Part shown: positions 18,648-27,287 of the stretch, one piece after another
Layout of the letters: each line of letters opens with the position of its first letter
Position numbering within the stretch: position 1 is the first letter of the stretch
From: an uncultured archaeon
GTDB taxonomy: Archaea; Iainarchaeota; Iainarchaeia; Iainarchaeales; 1-14-0-10-31-34
NCBI GenBank assembly: GCA_964608675.1
Contig: CAZSOZ010000004.1
Location: forward strand, 1 to 64,000
Direction of reading: 5' to 3'
Length of the DNA stretch: 64,000 nucleotides
Position numbers and translations under genes: made by a program
The notes under the pieces: generated by a model
What the model was told of the DNA's origin: nothing
The model's database searches: none
The model's input: only the letters and a program-made list of their open reading frames with translations

Positions 18648-18956
18648 TCAGAATATTTTTTTGATTTTTTTTTTGAAAATTTTTTCTGCTTCTTTAAATA
18701 ATTCTTTTCCTTTTTTTGTAATTGAATAAACTGTTTTGTTTTCTTCTTTTTTTGAATTAACATAGTCTCTTGCTTTCAGTTTGTATAAAACCACGTAAAC
18801 AGTGACTTCTCCCGGAAGAAAACCAAATTCTTTTTCAATTTTTTTTCTAAGCAAATAAGGATGGCATGATTCTTTTTTCAGCAGAGAAAGAATGTAAATC
18901 CATAATATTTCTATTCCTGTTTTTTCTTTAAGTCTTTTTATTTCAGCAGTATTCAT
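18648..18956 (-). CDS. PadR-family transcriptional regulator
   Basis: ILSLL..ESCHPY.L...GEVTVYVVLYKL...Y.ITKKGKE. Confidence 0.85.
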   Translation of the reverse strand: MNTAEIKRLKEKTGIEILWIYILSLLKKESCHPYLLRKKIEKEFGFLPGEVTVYVVLYKLKARDYVNSKKEENKTVYSITKKGKELFKEAEKIFKKKIKKIF

Positions 18957-19053
18957 TTCTATTAAAAATGAAAAGAAAAGAATTTAAATACAGAAACGCA
19001 TACTATTTTACTATCATAAAACATTTATGAATATAAAATGGTGGTTTTTTTTG

Positions 19054-20157
19054 GTGGAAAAAGAAATCAGGGTTGCGGTTGCAGGAGTAGGAAATTGTGC
19101 TTCTTCTTTGGTTCAGGGAGTTCATTATTATAATGCGGTTTTAGGGTCTGATGAATTGGTTCCTGGTTTAATGCATAACGTTTTTTCTGGATACAAAATT
19201 TCAGACATTAAATTTGTTTCTGCTTTTGATATTGATAAAAGGAAAGTCGGAAAAGATTTAAGCAAAGCAGTTTTTGAAAAACCTAATTGTACTCCGGTTT
19301 TTCAGAAGGAAATCCCTGAATTGAATGTGCAGGTAAAGAAGGCGCCGGTTTTGGATGGTTTTGCTTCTCATTTAGAGGATTATCCTGAAGATAAAAGATT
19401 TGTTGTTTCAGATGAAAAAGCAGTTGACGTGACAGAAGAATTAAAGAAAGCAAAAACAGATGTCTTGCTTAATTTTATGCCTGTTGGTTCAGAGGAAGCA
19501 ACAAAATATTATGCTAAAGCTTGTCTTGATTCAGGGACAGGAATGGTTAATTGTATGCCTGTTTTTATTGCTTCTCATTCTGAATGGGAAAAAAAATTCA
19601 GGGACAAAAAAATTCCAATTGTTGGAGACGATATTAAATCTCAGGTTGGAGCAACAATAACTCACAGAGTTTTAACTAAACTTTTTTCTGACAGAGGAGT
19701 AAAACTTGACAGAACTTATCAATTGAATACAGGAGGAAATACTGATTTTTTGAATATGCTTGAAAGAAAAAGACTGAAAAGCAAGAAGATTTCTAAAACT
19801 GAATCAGTTCAATCTCAGCTTCCGCAAAAAATGAATGCAGATGACATTCATATTGGTCCAAGTGATTATGTTCCGTGGCAGAAAGACAATAAAGTTTGTT
19901 TTATTAGAATGGAAGGAAGAAAGTTTGGTGATGTTCCTTTGGAATTGGAAATGCGTTTGAGTGTAATGGATTCTCCTAATTCTGCAGGAATAACAATTGA
20001 TGCTTTAAGGGCAATTAAAGTGGCTAAAGATAGAGGCATTGGAGGAGAATTAACTTCTTGTTCTTCGTATTTTATGAAGCATCCAATGTATCAGTTTCCT
20101 GATTCTGTATGCAAGACAATGGTTGAAGAATTCATTAAAGGAGAAAGAGACAGATGA
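19054..20157 (+). CDS. ino1: myo-inositol-1-phosphate synthase
   Basis: GVGNCASSLVQG, GDDIKSQVGAT, QLNTGGNTDFLN, SKKISKT, GPSDYVPW and DSPNSAG. Confidence 0.95.
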   Translation: MEKEIRVAVAGVGNCASSLVQGVHYYNAVLGSDELVPGLMHNVFSGYKISDIKFVSAFDIDKRKVGKDLSKAVFEKPNCTPVFQKEIPELNVQVKKAPVLDGFASHLEDYPEDKRFVVSDEKAVDVTEELKKAKTDVLLNFMPVGSEEATKYYAKACLDSGTGMVNCMPVFIASHSEWEKKFRDKKIPIVGDDIKSQVGATITHRVLTKLFSDRGVKLDRTYQLNTGGNTDFLNMLERKRLKSKKISKTESVQSQLPQKMNADDIHIGPSDYVPWQKDNKVCFIRMEGRKFGDVPLELEMRLSVMDSPNSAGITIDALRAIKVAKDRGIGGELTSCSSYFMKHPMYQFPDSVCKTMVEEFIKGERDR

Positions 20158-20747
20158 TTTCTGAAAACAGGGAAAAGTTCAAGAGTATTTCAATCAAAAC
20201 CGGCTTGATTTTTGGAAAGCTTCCTCTTTCGCCTAATCAATGGACTCTTTTTTCTTTAATCCCCGCTCTTCTGACTTTTTATTTTTTAGTTAAACAAAAT
20301 TTTGTTTTTGCAGTGTTTTTTTTTGCAATAGCTGCGTTTGTTGATGTAATTGATGGTGCGGTTGCAAGAGTGCAGGGAAAAACAACAAAAAAAGGCGCTT
20401 ATCTTGACACTATCATTGACCGTTATGTTGAATTAATTGTTTTTTTAGGGTTATTTTTAATTCAATTGCCTTTCTTTTATTTTTCTTCTCAGTTTTGGAT
20501 TTTATTGTGTTTATTTGGAAGCATGATGACTACTTATTCTAAGGCAGCAGCAAAAGAAAAATTGTTGTTGGAAAGAGAATTGAAAGGCGGTTTAATGGAA
20601 AGGCCTGAAAGACTAATTTTATTATTCTTAATCATTTTAAGTGGAATTTTTTCCCTGCAATACCTTGTCTATTTGCTTGCATTGTTTGCTGTTCTTACAA
20701 ATCTTAGCGCCTTGCAGAGAGTTTTGAAAGCTTTTTCTTTGGCTTAA
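20154..20747 (+). CDS. CDP-alcohol phosphatidyltransferase (probable archaetidyl-/phosphatidylinositol-phosphate synthase)
   Basis: SPNQWT; DVIDGAVAR...GAYLDTIIDR signature; GLMERPER; overlaps ino1. Confidence 0.9.
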   Translation: MISENREKFKSISIKTGLIFGKLPLSPNQWTLFSLIPALLTFYFLVKQNFVFAVFFFAIAAFVDVIDGAVARVQGKTTKKGAYLDTIIDRYVELIVFLGLFLIQLPFFYFSSQFWILLCLFGSMMTTYSKAAAKEKLLLERELKGGLMERPERLILLFLIILSGIFSLQYLVYLLALFAVLTNLSALQRVLKAFSLA

Positions 20748-21997
20748 CTTGCTGTTGGGTTAACAACTTTTCCCATGAATAGAATGCTTTCTGTTGAATT
20801 TTCTTGGATTATAAAAATAAAAGGATGATCTGCCTTAAAAATTATTGGTTCAGAAGGCCCTGTACTTGTATATCCCACTATAACTCCTGTTGCTGCTGTA
20901 GCTTCTGTTCCTTCTTCATCTACCTGAACAAAAGATTGGTGGATTACTTTGCTGATGAAAAGGTTTTCGTTTACTTTGCTTGAATCAAACATTCCAGTGA
21001 AATCTGCATTAGAATTGAAAGCTGTAGGCATTCCTATTTCAGATAATATATTTCCAATGAAATATTTTGTTTCAAACTTGAATTTTGGAAAATAAACATA
21101 AACTTCTTTTTTGTGCATTGTTTTTTTCCATTCATTCAGTTTTTCTGTTGAAAGCATTGATTCAATTTTTTTTAAGTCATTTTTTGGAAGCAGTACAATC
21201 ATGGACAGGTTTTTTCCTTTATAAGGCATTTCAAGTATTTGGAGTTCTTCTGTTTCACTGTAATTGAATTTTTCTGAGTCTTCTTTTAATCTCATCATGT
21301 CTGCCTGAACGATTGTATTTTCATTTACTTTAAAGTCTTCTTTTTTTGTTTTGGTTTTGTCAAATTTAATTGTCCAGTCTCCTTTGAAGTAAATTGCATT
21401 AGTTAAAACTAATCTTGTTGTTGGATTAAGTGTTCCTGAAGGAATCAAATCCTTTATTTTGTCATTTGTTTTTTCTTCCACCCAGGAATTAATTGTTTTT
21501 CTTGATTCTTCTGTTTTATTTACAAAATTTAAGTTAGTTAATTCAGCTGAATAATAATTTTTTGTTGTGTTAATATAATTTTCCAGAAAAGGAAAGTTTT
21601 TTTGAGCCCATAAAGCGTTTGCAGTTGAAAGCTGATATTCAGAATTTTTTTTGTTTAATAGATTGTGTAGTTTTGCAAAAGAACTTCTTCTATCTAAATC
21701 ATTTTCCTGAAAATTTAATGTATTTCTCATTTCTTCTGCAGTCTGCCCTTTTGCTCCTTCATAAGTCATGGCTAAAGCTGAAGAAATGCTCCAAGGAGAA
21801 AAAAACAGGTTTTGTCCTTCTTTATTTAATTTTGAATACATTTTTAATGCAAATTCATTGTTTCCTTTTACTGTTTCTTTTATTCCTGTTTCAGTTGCTT
21901 TAGAGTCATCCAGAATTTGTTCTTCTAACGGTGCAGGATCAATACATCCAAAAAATAAAATACTTAAACTTAATACAATTAAAATTTTTGAGTTCAC
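20744..21997 (-). CDS. Serpin (serine protease inhibitor), lipoprotein
   Basis: FFGC lipobox; NLFFSPWSIS, INSWVEEKTNDKI, NAIYFKGDW, hinge VDEEGTEATAAT and FKADHPFIF. Confidence 0.95.
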   Translation of the reverse strand: MNSKILIVLSLSILFFGCIDPAPLEEQILDDSKATETGIKETVKGNNEFALKMYSKLNKEGQNLFFSPWSISSALAMTYEGAKGQTAEEMRNTLNFQENDLDRRSSFAKLHNLLNKKNSEYQLSTANALWAQKNFPFLENYINTTKNYYSAELTNLNFVNKTEESRKTINSWVEEKTNDKIKDLIPSGTLNPTTRLVLTNAIYFKGDWTIKFDKTKTKKEDFKVNENTIVQADMMRLKEDSEKFNYSETEELQILEMPYKGKNLSMIVLLPKNDLKKIESMLSTEKLNEWKKTMHKKEVYVYFPKFKFETKYFIGNILSEIGMPTAFNSNADFTGMFDSSKVNENLFISKVIHQSFVQVDEEGTEATAATGVIVGYTSTGPSEPIIFKADHPFIFIIQENSTESILFMGKVVNPTAS

Positions 21998-22053
21998 GCA
22001 AAAGTATTACACTTTAATTTATTTAATTCTTTCTTTTAGATGAGTTTTTTTCC

Positions 22054-22716
22054 TTATTTTTTTTCACAGTAAACCAGCAAATGATCTTTTTGGAATGGCT
22101 CCAAAAAAACAGTTTTTTTAATTAAAAATTCTTTTTCTAATTTATTTTTTTCTTCGTTTAAAATTTGCTTGGAGCTTTTTTGTGAAATGCTTCTGGCTTT
22201 AATTGAAATCATTGCTTTTTTTCCTTTTTTAAGGAATGTTTTTGCGTTATTCAAAAAAATTTGTGTCTGGTTTTTTTGAGAGATATCTTGAAACAAAAAA
22301 TCAAATTCTATTTCTCCGATTTCTTTTTTTGTCTGCTCTATGTTATTAGCGTCTTCCAGATATGGAATCAAATTTTCTCTTTGTTCGCTTAATTCAACGA
22401 GTTTCTGCATTACTCTTGCACTGACATCAATTCCTATAATTATTCCTTTTTCTTTAATTATGTCAGAAATATGGGAAATTGTTGTTCCTTCTGCTGCCCC
22501 CAAATACAATACTTTCATTCCTTGTTTTAGAGGAGAAGGAATTCCTTTTTTTAATCCTGCACCTAATTTTGATCTGAATGGATTCCATTCACGGAATTCT
22601 TTTCCTTTTATTTTCAGTATTTTTTCTCCGTAAACTTTTTTTCCTTTCACTAAATTTTCAGTGTAATTTTTTCTTCCGTCTGAATAAATTCCGTCAAAAA
22701 TTTGTTTTAATTTCAT
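22054..22716 (-). CDS. flpA: Fibrillarin-like rRNA/tRNA 2'-O-methyltransferase
   Basis: VYGE, REWNPFRSKLGA, VLYLGAAEGTTISHISDI, DISQ and LEPFQKDH. Confidence 0.95.
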   Translation of the reverse strand: MKLKQIFDGIYSDGRKNYTENLVKGKKVYGEKILKIKGKEFREWNPFRSKLGAGLKKGIPSPLKQGMKVLYLGAAEGTTISHISDIIKEKGIIIGIDVSARVMQKLVELSEQRENLIPYLEDANNIEQTKKEIGEIEFDFLFQDISQKNQTQIFLNNAKTFLKKGKKAMISIKARSISQKSSKQILNEEKNKLEKEFLIKKTVFLEPFQKDHLLVYCEKK

Positions 22717-22750
22717 AAAAAATCAATTTAATTATTCAATTTATTTTTTT

Positions 22751-23551
22751 TTATTTGTTTAATTCATGTAATTTTTTTTCTAATTTTTTTTTCATTTCTT
22801 TTGAGTTTCCTTTTCCTTTAAAATAATCTTCTTTTACTGCAATAGTTAGTTTTCCTGCTAAAATTCTTGCAAATTTTCCTTGTTTGCTTCTTTTCACTTG
22901 TTTTAGCATTGGGTGCCCGAAAATATAGCCATACTTTGGAGGCTTTGCTCCAGATTTAATGTGATTGAATAATGCTTTTTCTGCTCCAAGCAATTGAATG
23001 GTTGAAGAAGGCATTAAAGCCAGTTTTTTTATTGAACCTGCTTTGGCTAGCATTCTTGCTCCAATTAATGGTTCAGCTAATTCTGAAAAATTTGGAAGCA
23101 GTTCTTTCATTTCTTTTTCAATAAATTTGCTGATTTCATTTCTCTGTTTTTTTATTTCAATTCCTTTTTCTGCCAGCCCTGTGATTTGAATTAAAGTTTC
23201 TTCATTTAGTTTTGCGCCCATTGAAACCTTGGATTTTTCAATTATTTTTTTTGCTTTTTCTTTGTTTTTATAAACATCTAAAATCTTTTTTTCTGAAAAA
23301 TTTTTTCTGTCGCCAAGCAAAACTAATTTTAAATAAGTGTCGTTGTCTTCAATCAAAGAATTTAATTCTGGAAAATGAGTTGAATACCATTCTCTTGTAT
23401 TCTCTGAAATCAAATTGCTCATTTTATCCAGTTCTTCTATCAATGAAACTGCTTTGATTATGTGAATGTCTTTTTCTGAAAAAGTTTTTGCAACTTTTTC
23501 TTTGGTTTTTTTGAGCAGTTTTATTTTTAATTCCTTGTTCATTTCTTTCAC
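22751..23551 (-). CDS. nop5: Nop5 (Nop56/58) box C/D RNP protein
   Basis: REWYSTHFPEL, MPSSTIQLLGAEKALF and PPKYGYIF. Confidence 0.95.
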   Translation of the reverse strand: MKEMNKELKIKLLKKTKEKVAKTFSEKDIHIIKAVSLIEELDKMSNLISENTREWYSTHFPELNSLIEDNDTYLKLVLLGDRKNFSEKKILDVYKNKEKAKKIIEKSKVSMGAKLNEETLIQITGLAEKGIEIKKQRNEISKFIEKEMKELLPNFSELAEPLIGARMLAKAGSIKKLALMPSSTIQLLGAEKALFNHIKSGAKPPKYGYIFGHPMLKQVKRSKQGKFARILAGKLTIAVKEDYFKGKGNSKEMKKKLEKKLHELNK

Positions 23552-23605
23552 TTATAAGCTTTTTATCGCAAATTATTTATAAAGAATTCTAAATTAATTG
23601 ATATC

Positions 23606-25105
23606 ATGACTCAAAATAAACCGCAGATTTTAATGGATTTAAGTTTGAGGAGAAGCATTTTTTTTCCTTCAGCTGAAATTTATGGTGAATCATTTAGCGG
23701 TTTTTGGGATTACGGTTTTTATGGAACTGCAATAAAAAATAAGATTGTTGAGGCTTGGAGAAAAGATTTAGTTGAAAAAGAAGGTTTTGTTGAAATTGAT
23801 GGTGCCCAGATATTGCCAGAGAAAGTGTTTAAGGCTTCAGGGCATTTAGAAAACTTTAATGACCCTTTAATTCAATGTTTAAAATGTCATGCTCTTCATC
23901 GTGCAGATTCTTTGTTAGGAGAAGAATTTGAATTAACTGAAGGAACTCCAATTGAAAGATTTGATGAATTAATTCAAAAAAACAAAATAAAGTGCCCTTC
24001 ATGTAAAGGTGAACTCGGAAAAACAAGAAAATTTAATTTAATGATGGGAATTGATGTAGGTGCAACAGGAAAACTCAAAGGCTATTTAAGGCCTGAAACT
24101 TGCCAAAACATTTTTTTAAATTTTAGCAGAATCCAAAAAACAATGAGAAAAAACCTTCCATTTGGAATTGCGCAAGCAGGCAAATGTTTTAGAAATGAAA
24201 TTGCTCCAAGGAATTCAATTTTAAGGATTAGAGAAATAAACCAAATGGAAATTGAAGTGTTTTTTAATCCATTTAAAATAAACGAAATTGAAAACTTTAA
24301 GGAAGTAGAAGAATTTGAAGTAAGAGTAAGACTGGAAAAAGGCAGTGAAGAAGAATTAATTAAAGCAAAAGATTTAGTTTCAAACAAACTGGTTTCAGGT
24401 AAATTAATTGCTTATTATCTTGTTCGTGTTCAGGAATTTTATGAAGGTTTAGGAATTCCAAGAAAAAAATTAAGGTTCAGGGAAGTTTCAGAAGAAGAAA
24501 GAGCTTTTTATGCTAAAGAAGGATGGGATTTTGAAGTTGAAACTTCTTTGGGTTGGATTGAATTAGTGGCAAACAATTATCGAACTGATTATGATTTAAA
24601 AGGCCATGCAAAAGTTTCTTCAACTAATTTAAAATTAAAAGAAGAAGAAAAAGAATTTTTTCCGCATGTATATGAAATTTCTGCAGGAATAGATCGAACG
24701 CTTTATGTTTTATTAGAGCTTGCATTAAAAGAAGAAGAAAAGAAAGGAGAAAAAAGATTGTATCTTTCTCTTTCCCCCAAGGTTGCTCCTTTTGCTGCAG
24801 GAGTTTTTCCTTTAGTTAACAAAGACGGCTTAGACACAATAGCCAATGAAGTAAAAGATATGTTACTTGAAGAAGGATTTAATGTATTTTATGACAAAAA
24901 AGGCAGTATAGGAAAAAGGTATGCCAGAGTTGATGAAGTAGGAGTCATTGGAGCAATAACCATAGATTATCAAACAAAAGAAGAGGATACAGTTACATAT
25001 AGGGATAGAAATTCAATGCAACAAATTAGGGTTAAAATTAGTAAACTTCCGGATATCTTGAGAAAGGTAAAAAAAGGAATTTCAATTGAAAAATTAAATT
25101 CATAG
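23606..25105 (+). CDS. glyS: Glycine-tRNA ligase (archaeal/eukaryotic alpha2 type)
   Basis: ASGHLENFND, LRPETCQ, FRNEIAPR, EISAGIDR and SIGKRYARVDEVG. Confidence 0.95.
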   Translation: MTQNKPQILMDLSLRRSIFFPSAEIYGESFSGFWDYGFYGTAIKNKIVEAWRKDLVEKEGFVEIDGAQILPEKVFKASGHLENFNDPLIQCLKCHALHRADSLLGEEFELTEGTPIERFDELIQKNKIKCPSCKGELGKTRKFNLMMGIDVGATGKLKGYLRPETCQNIFLNFSRIQKTMRKNLPFGIAQAGKCFRNEIAPRNSILRIREINQMEIEVFFNPFKINEIENFKEVEEFEVRVRLEKGSEEELIKAKDLVSNKLVSGKLIAYYLVRVQEFYEGLGIPRKKLRFREVSEEERAFYAKEGWDFEVETSLGWIELVANNYRTDYDLKGHAKVSSTNLKLKEEEKEFFPHVYEISAGIDRTLYVLLELALKEEEKKGEKRLYLSLSPKVAPFAAGVFPLVNKDGLDTIANEVKDMLLEEGFNVFYDKKGSIGKRYARVDEVGVIGAITIDYQTKEEDTVTYRDRNSMQQIRVKISKLPDILRKVKKGISIEKLNS

Positions 25106-26689
25106 AATGCTGGCGATTTCCCTGTCTTCTTTGACTAAATTATTGCAGAACTCTTGTAAGTTAAAATTTAATATGTTGCACATTTTTTCTAAGGTTTTAA
25201 TTGGAATTCTGCTTTTTCTTTTTTTCCAAGCTGAAAGTGTAGCTTTTTTTATTTCTAATGCATTAGCAAACTCTTTATCGTAAACAAAATTTCTTTTTAT
25301 TGCATCAAAAAGCTTCTTATGGTATTTTTCATTAAGAGATACTGTTGTTTTTCCACTAACATTTTTTGGGTTTAGTGACTTGGTCTTATTCGATAAGCTA
25401 ATTTTTTTTTGATTTAATAATGTTTTTAAATAATATCTGGCTGTTGATTGACCGCAGTTAAAATGTTTTGTTAAAAAAACAATGTCGCATTTTTTTACTT
25501 TTCTTAACAGTTTAAGTATTCTTTCTTCAGAAATTTTAGTGACAGGAGAATCTTTTATTATTGGTTTTGCATTTAAGTTTCCAGCGAGCCAATGAATCAA
25601 TTTCCATTTTTGAGTTTTTGGTTCAAAGTATTCTAATAATTTTTCCTTTTTGTTTTTTAAGTAAGCATTTATTACATATTGCTTTTCATGACTTTTGGTA
25701 ATGCCAAATCCTATGTTATCTTTTTTCCATATTTCTGCTATCGATTCAATTAACTTTTTGCTATTTGAACTGAAAGTCATTTTTCCTTGTTTTGTAACGC
25801 AACCATCAAAAGTGAGTAAGCCTAAAGCAAATGCTTTCCTAATTTTTAGGTTTGATTCCTTAATTATTTCAGGTTCAAAAGCTTCATCTGATTTTTTTCC
25901 CGGCCAAATGGAAAAAAATATAATAAGATAACGTGCCATAACCTTGTTTGAATAGATAATTCTCCACATGTTTTCTCTTCTTTTAAAACTCACTGGTTTT
26001 GCTTCAAATTCTTTATCAATTAAACTTTTGAAAAAAAGAACAGTGTCTTTGTATGCTTCGCTTAATTCAATTGTGTAATGGCTTTGACTCATCTTAGCAT
26101 TACCTAGCAACGAGTCAATAATTTTGTTATTTGTTCTATTTCTATTAATATTCAAACAAAACTGGTTTCTTGTCTTTGAATAGTTCTCTGAAAAACTACA
26201 TTTATTTTTTAAAAGAACAGCTTTAATGCCATCTAATTCTTTTTTTTCTTTTGCAGCGAAAACTAGTTGTATGCTCATGCTTCCATCAGCCATAAAAGAA
26301 CCTAAAAATTTAGACAAGTTTGTATTCAAATTTTTAATAGCTTTGACAGGTTTTGAAGATGCAGAATTGACTTTCAGATAACTTATGTTCTGATTAATTT
26401 CTTTTAATATTTTTTTATCATTTGCATATTCGCTCATTTTCAATATAACTGGTATTGGAATGAATTCTCGTTTTCCTTGAAAAATCATTTTAAATGATGG
26501 GTGAGAGCAACCTAAATCTTTGGAAAGTCTTCTACTTAGTTCTTCTCGGCAAATGCTTTCTTTAATTAATACTGTTTTTTCTAAACTGTTAATTAAGTTT
26601 GGGAGTTTTTTTCCTGAAACGCAAATCCAACTTCTAGGATGAAAATCTAAGTTATTGTGAAGTAATAATAGATTAAAAATTCTATTCAT
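25100..26689 (-). CDS. Free-standing double-motif LAGLIDADG endonuclease-like protein with HTH domains
   Basis: FLGSFMADG and FALGLLTFDG; PGKKS linker; wHTH and C-terminal XRE-like HTH; no intein splice residues. Confidence 0.75.
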   Translation of the reverse strand: MNRIFNLLLLHNNLDFHPRSWICVSGKKLPNLINSLEKTVLIKESICREELSRRLSKDLGCSHPSFKMIFQGKREFIPIPVILKMSEYANDKKILKEINQNISYLKVNSASSKPVKAIKNLNTNLSKFLGSFMADGSMSIQLVFAAKEKKELDGIKAVLLKNKCSFSENYSKTRNQFCLNINRNRTNNKIIDSLLGNAKMSQSHYTIELSEAYKDTVLFFKSLIDKEFEAKPVSFKRRENMWRIIYSNKVMARYLIIFFSIWPGKKSDEAFEPEIIKESNLKIRKAFALGLLTFDGCVTKQGKMTFSSNSKKLIESIAEIWKKDNIGFGITKSHEKQYVINAYLKNKKEKLLEYFEPKTQKWKLIHWLAGNLNAKPIIKDSPVTKISEERILKLLRKVKKCDIVFLTKHFNCGQSTARYYLKTLLNQKKISLSNKTKSLNPKNVSGKTTVSLNEKYHKKLFDAIKRNFVYDKEFANALEIKKATLSAWKKRKSRIPIKTLEKMCNILNFNLQEFCNNLVKEDREIASIL

Positions 26690-26813
26690 AACATCTTTAT
26701 GTATTCAACTTAATAAAAAGCCACTGTTTTGATAGCAGGTTTAGAGCAACATCATTAAAATTAATAAACTATTTTAAGCTTTTTTTCATATATTTTTTAT
26801 CTTAAAAGGTACT

Positions 26814-26885
26814 GCTGGCGTAGCACAATAGCAGTGCATTGCTTTCGTAAAGCAAAGGTTGGGGGTGCAAGTCCCTTCGCCAGCT
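26814..26885 (+). tRNA. tRNA-Thr(CGT)
   Basis: Acceptor GCTGGCG/CGCCAGC, D stem GCAC/GTGC, anticodon arm TTGCT-TTCGTAA-AGCAA, T arm GGGGG-TGCAAGT-CCCTT. Confidence 0.85.
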
Positions 26886-26913
26886 TTAAAGCAGTGTGGC
26901 TTTATCCCGAACA

Positions 26914-26940
26914 TTTTGATAAACTTTTATTAAAAGGTTT
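26914..26940. repeat. Palindromic intergenic repeat, copy 2
   Basis: TTTTGATAAACTTTTATTAAAAGGTTT. Confidence 0.65.
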
Positions 26941-27005
26941 TGAGGGCGTGATTCCTCCCAGGGCTTTAAATTATTTTCCTTCTTTTTTTTTGTTTCTTGA
27001 TTTTT

Positions 27006-27206
27006 ATGAAATGCGTTAAATGCAATAGTTTTGCAGTTAAATTGAATTCAACTGGAGTGCCTGTTTGTTCAAGGCATTCTAATTCAAAAATTAAGGCGCC
27101 TTTGTGTCCTAACTGCAAGCTGGAAATGACAATAAGAAAAGGGAAGTTTGGTGCTTTTTGGGGGTGCAAAGCTTTTCCTATGTGCGATGGCATAAGAAAA
27201 ATCTGA
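27006..27206 (+). CDS. Small protein with topoisomerase-type C4 zinc ribbon plus N-terminal CxxC/CxxH finger
   Basis: CPNCKLEMTIRKGKFGAFWGCKAFPMC. Confidence 0.8.
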   Translation: MKCVKCNSFAVKLNSTGVPVCSRHSNSKIKAPLCPNCKLEMTIRKGKFGAFWGCKAFPMCDGIRKI

Positions 27207-27287
27207 ATTATTTTTTTCTATTTCTTTTTTTTTTGTTTGATTGTTTTGTTTGATTATCTTTAATTGGTTTTTGTTCTTATTTTTATT

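Noticed and set aside
25100-26689. Intein or intron-encoded endonuclease
   Set aside because: No N-terminal Cys/Ser splice block, no terminal His-Asn, and no interrupted host gene
26886-26970. Second tRNA immediately after tRNA-Thr
   Set aside because: No valid D arm, anticodon loop or TTC T-loop; explained better as a hairpin containing the palindromic repeat
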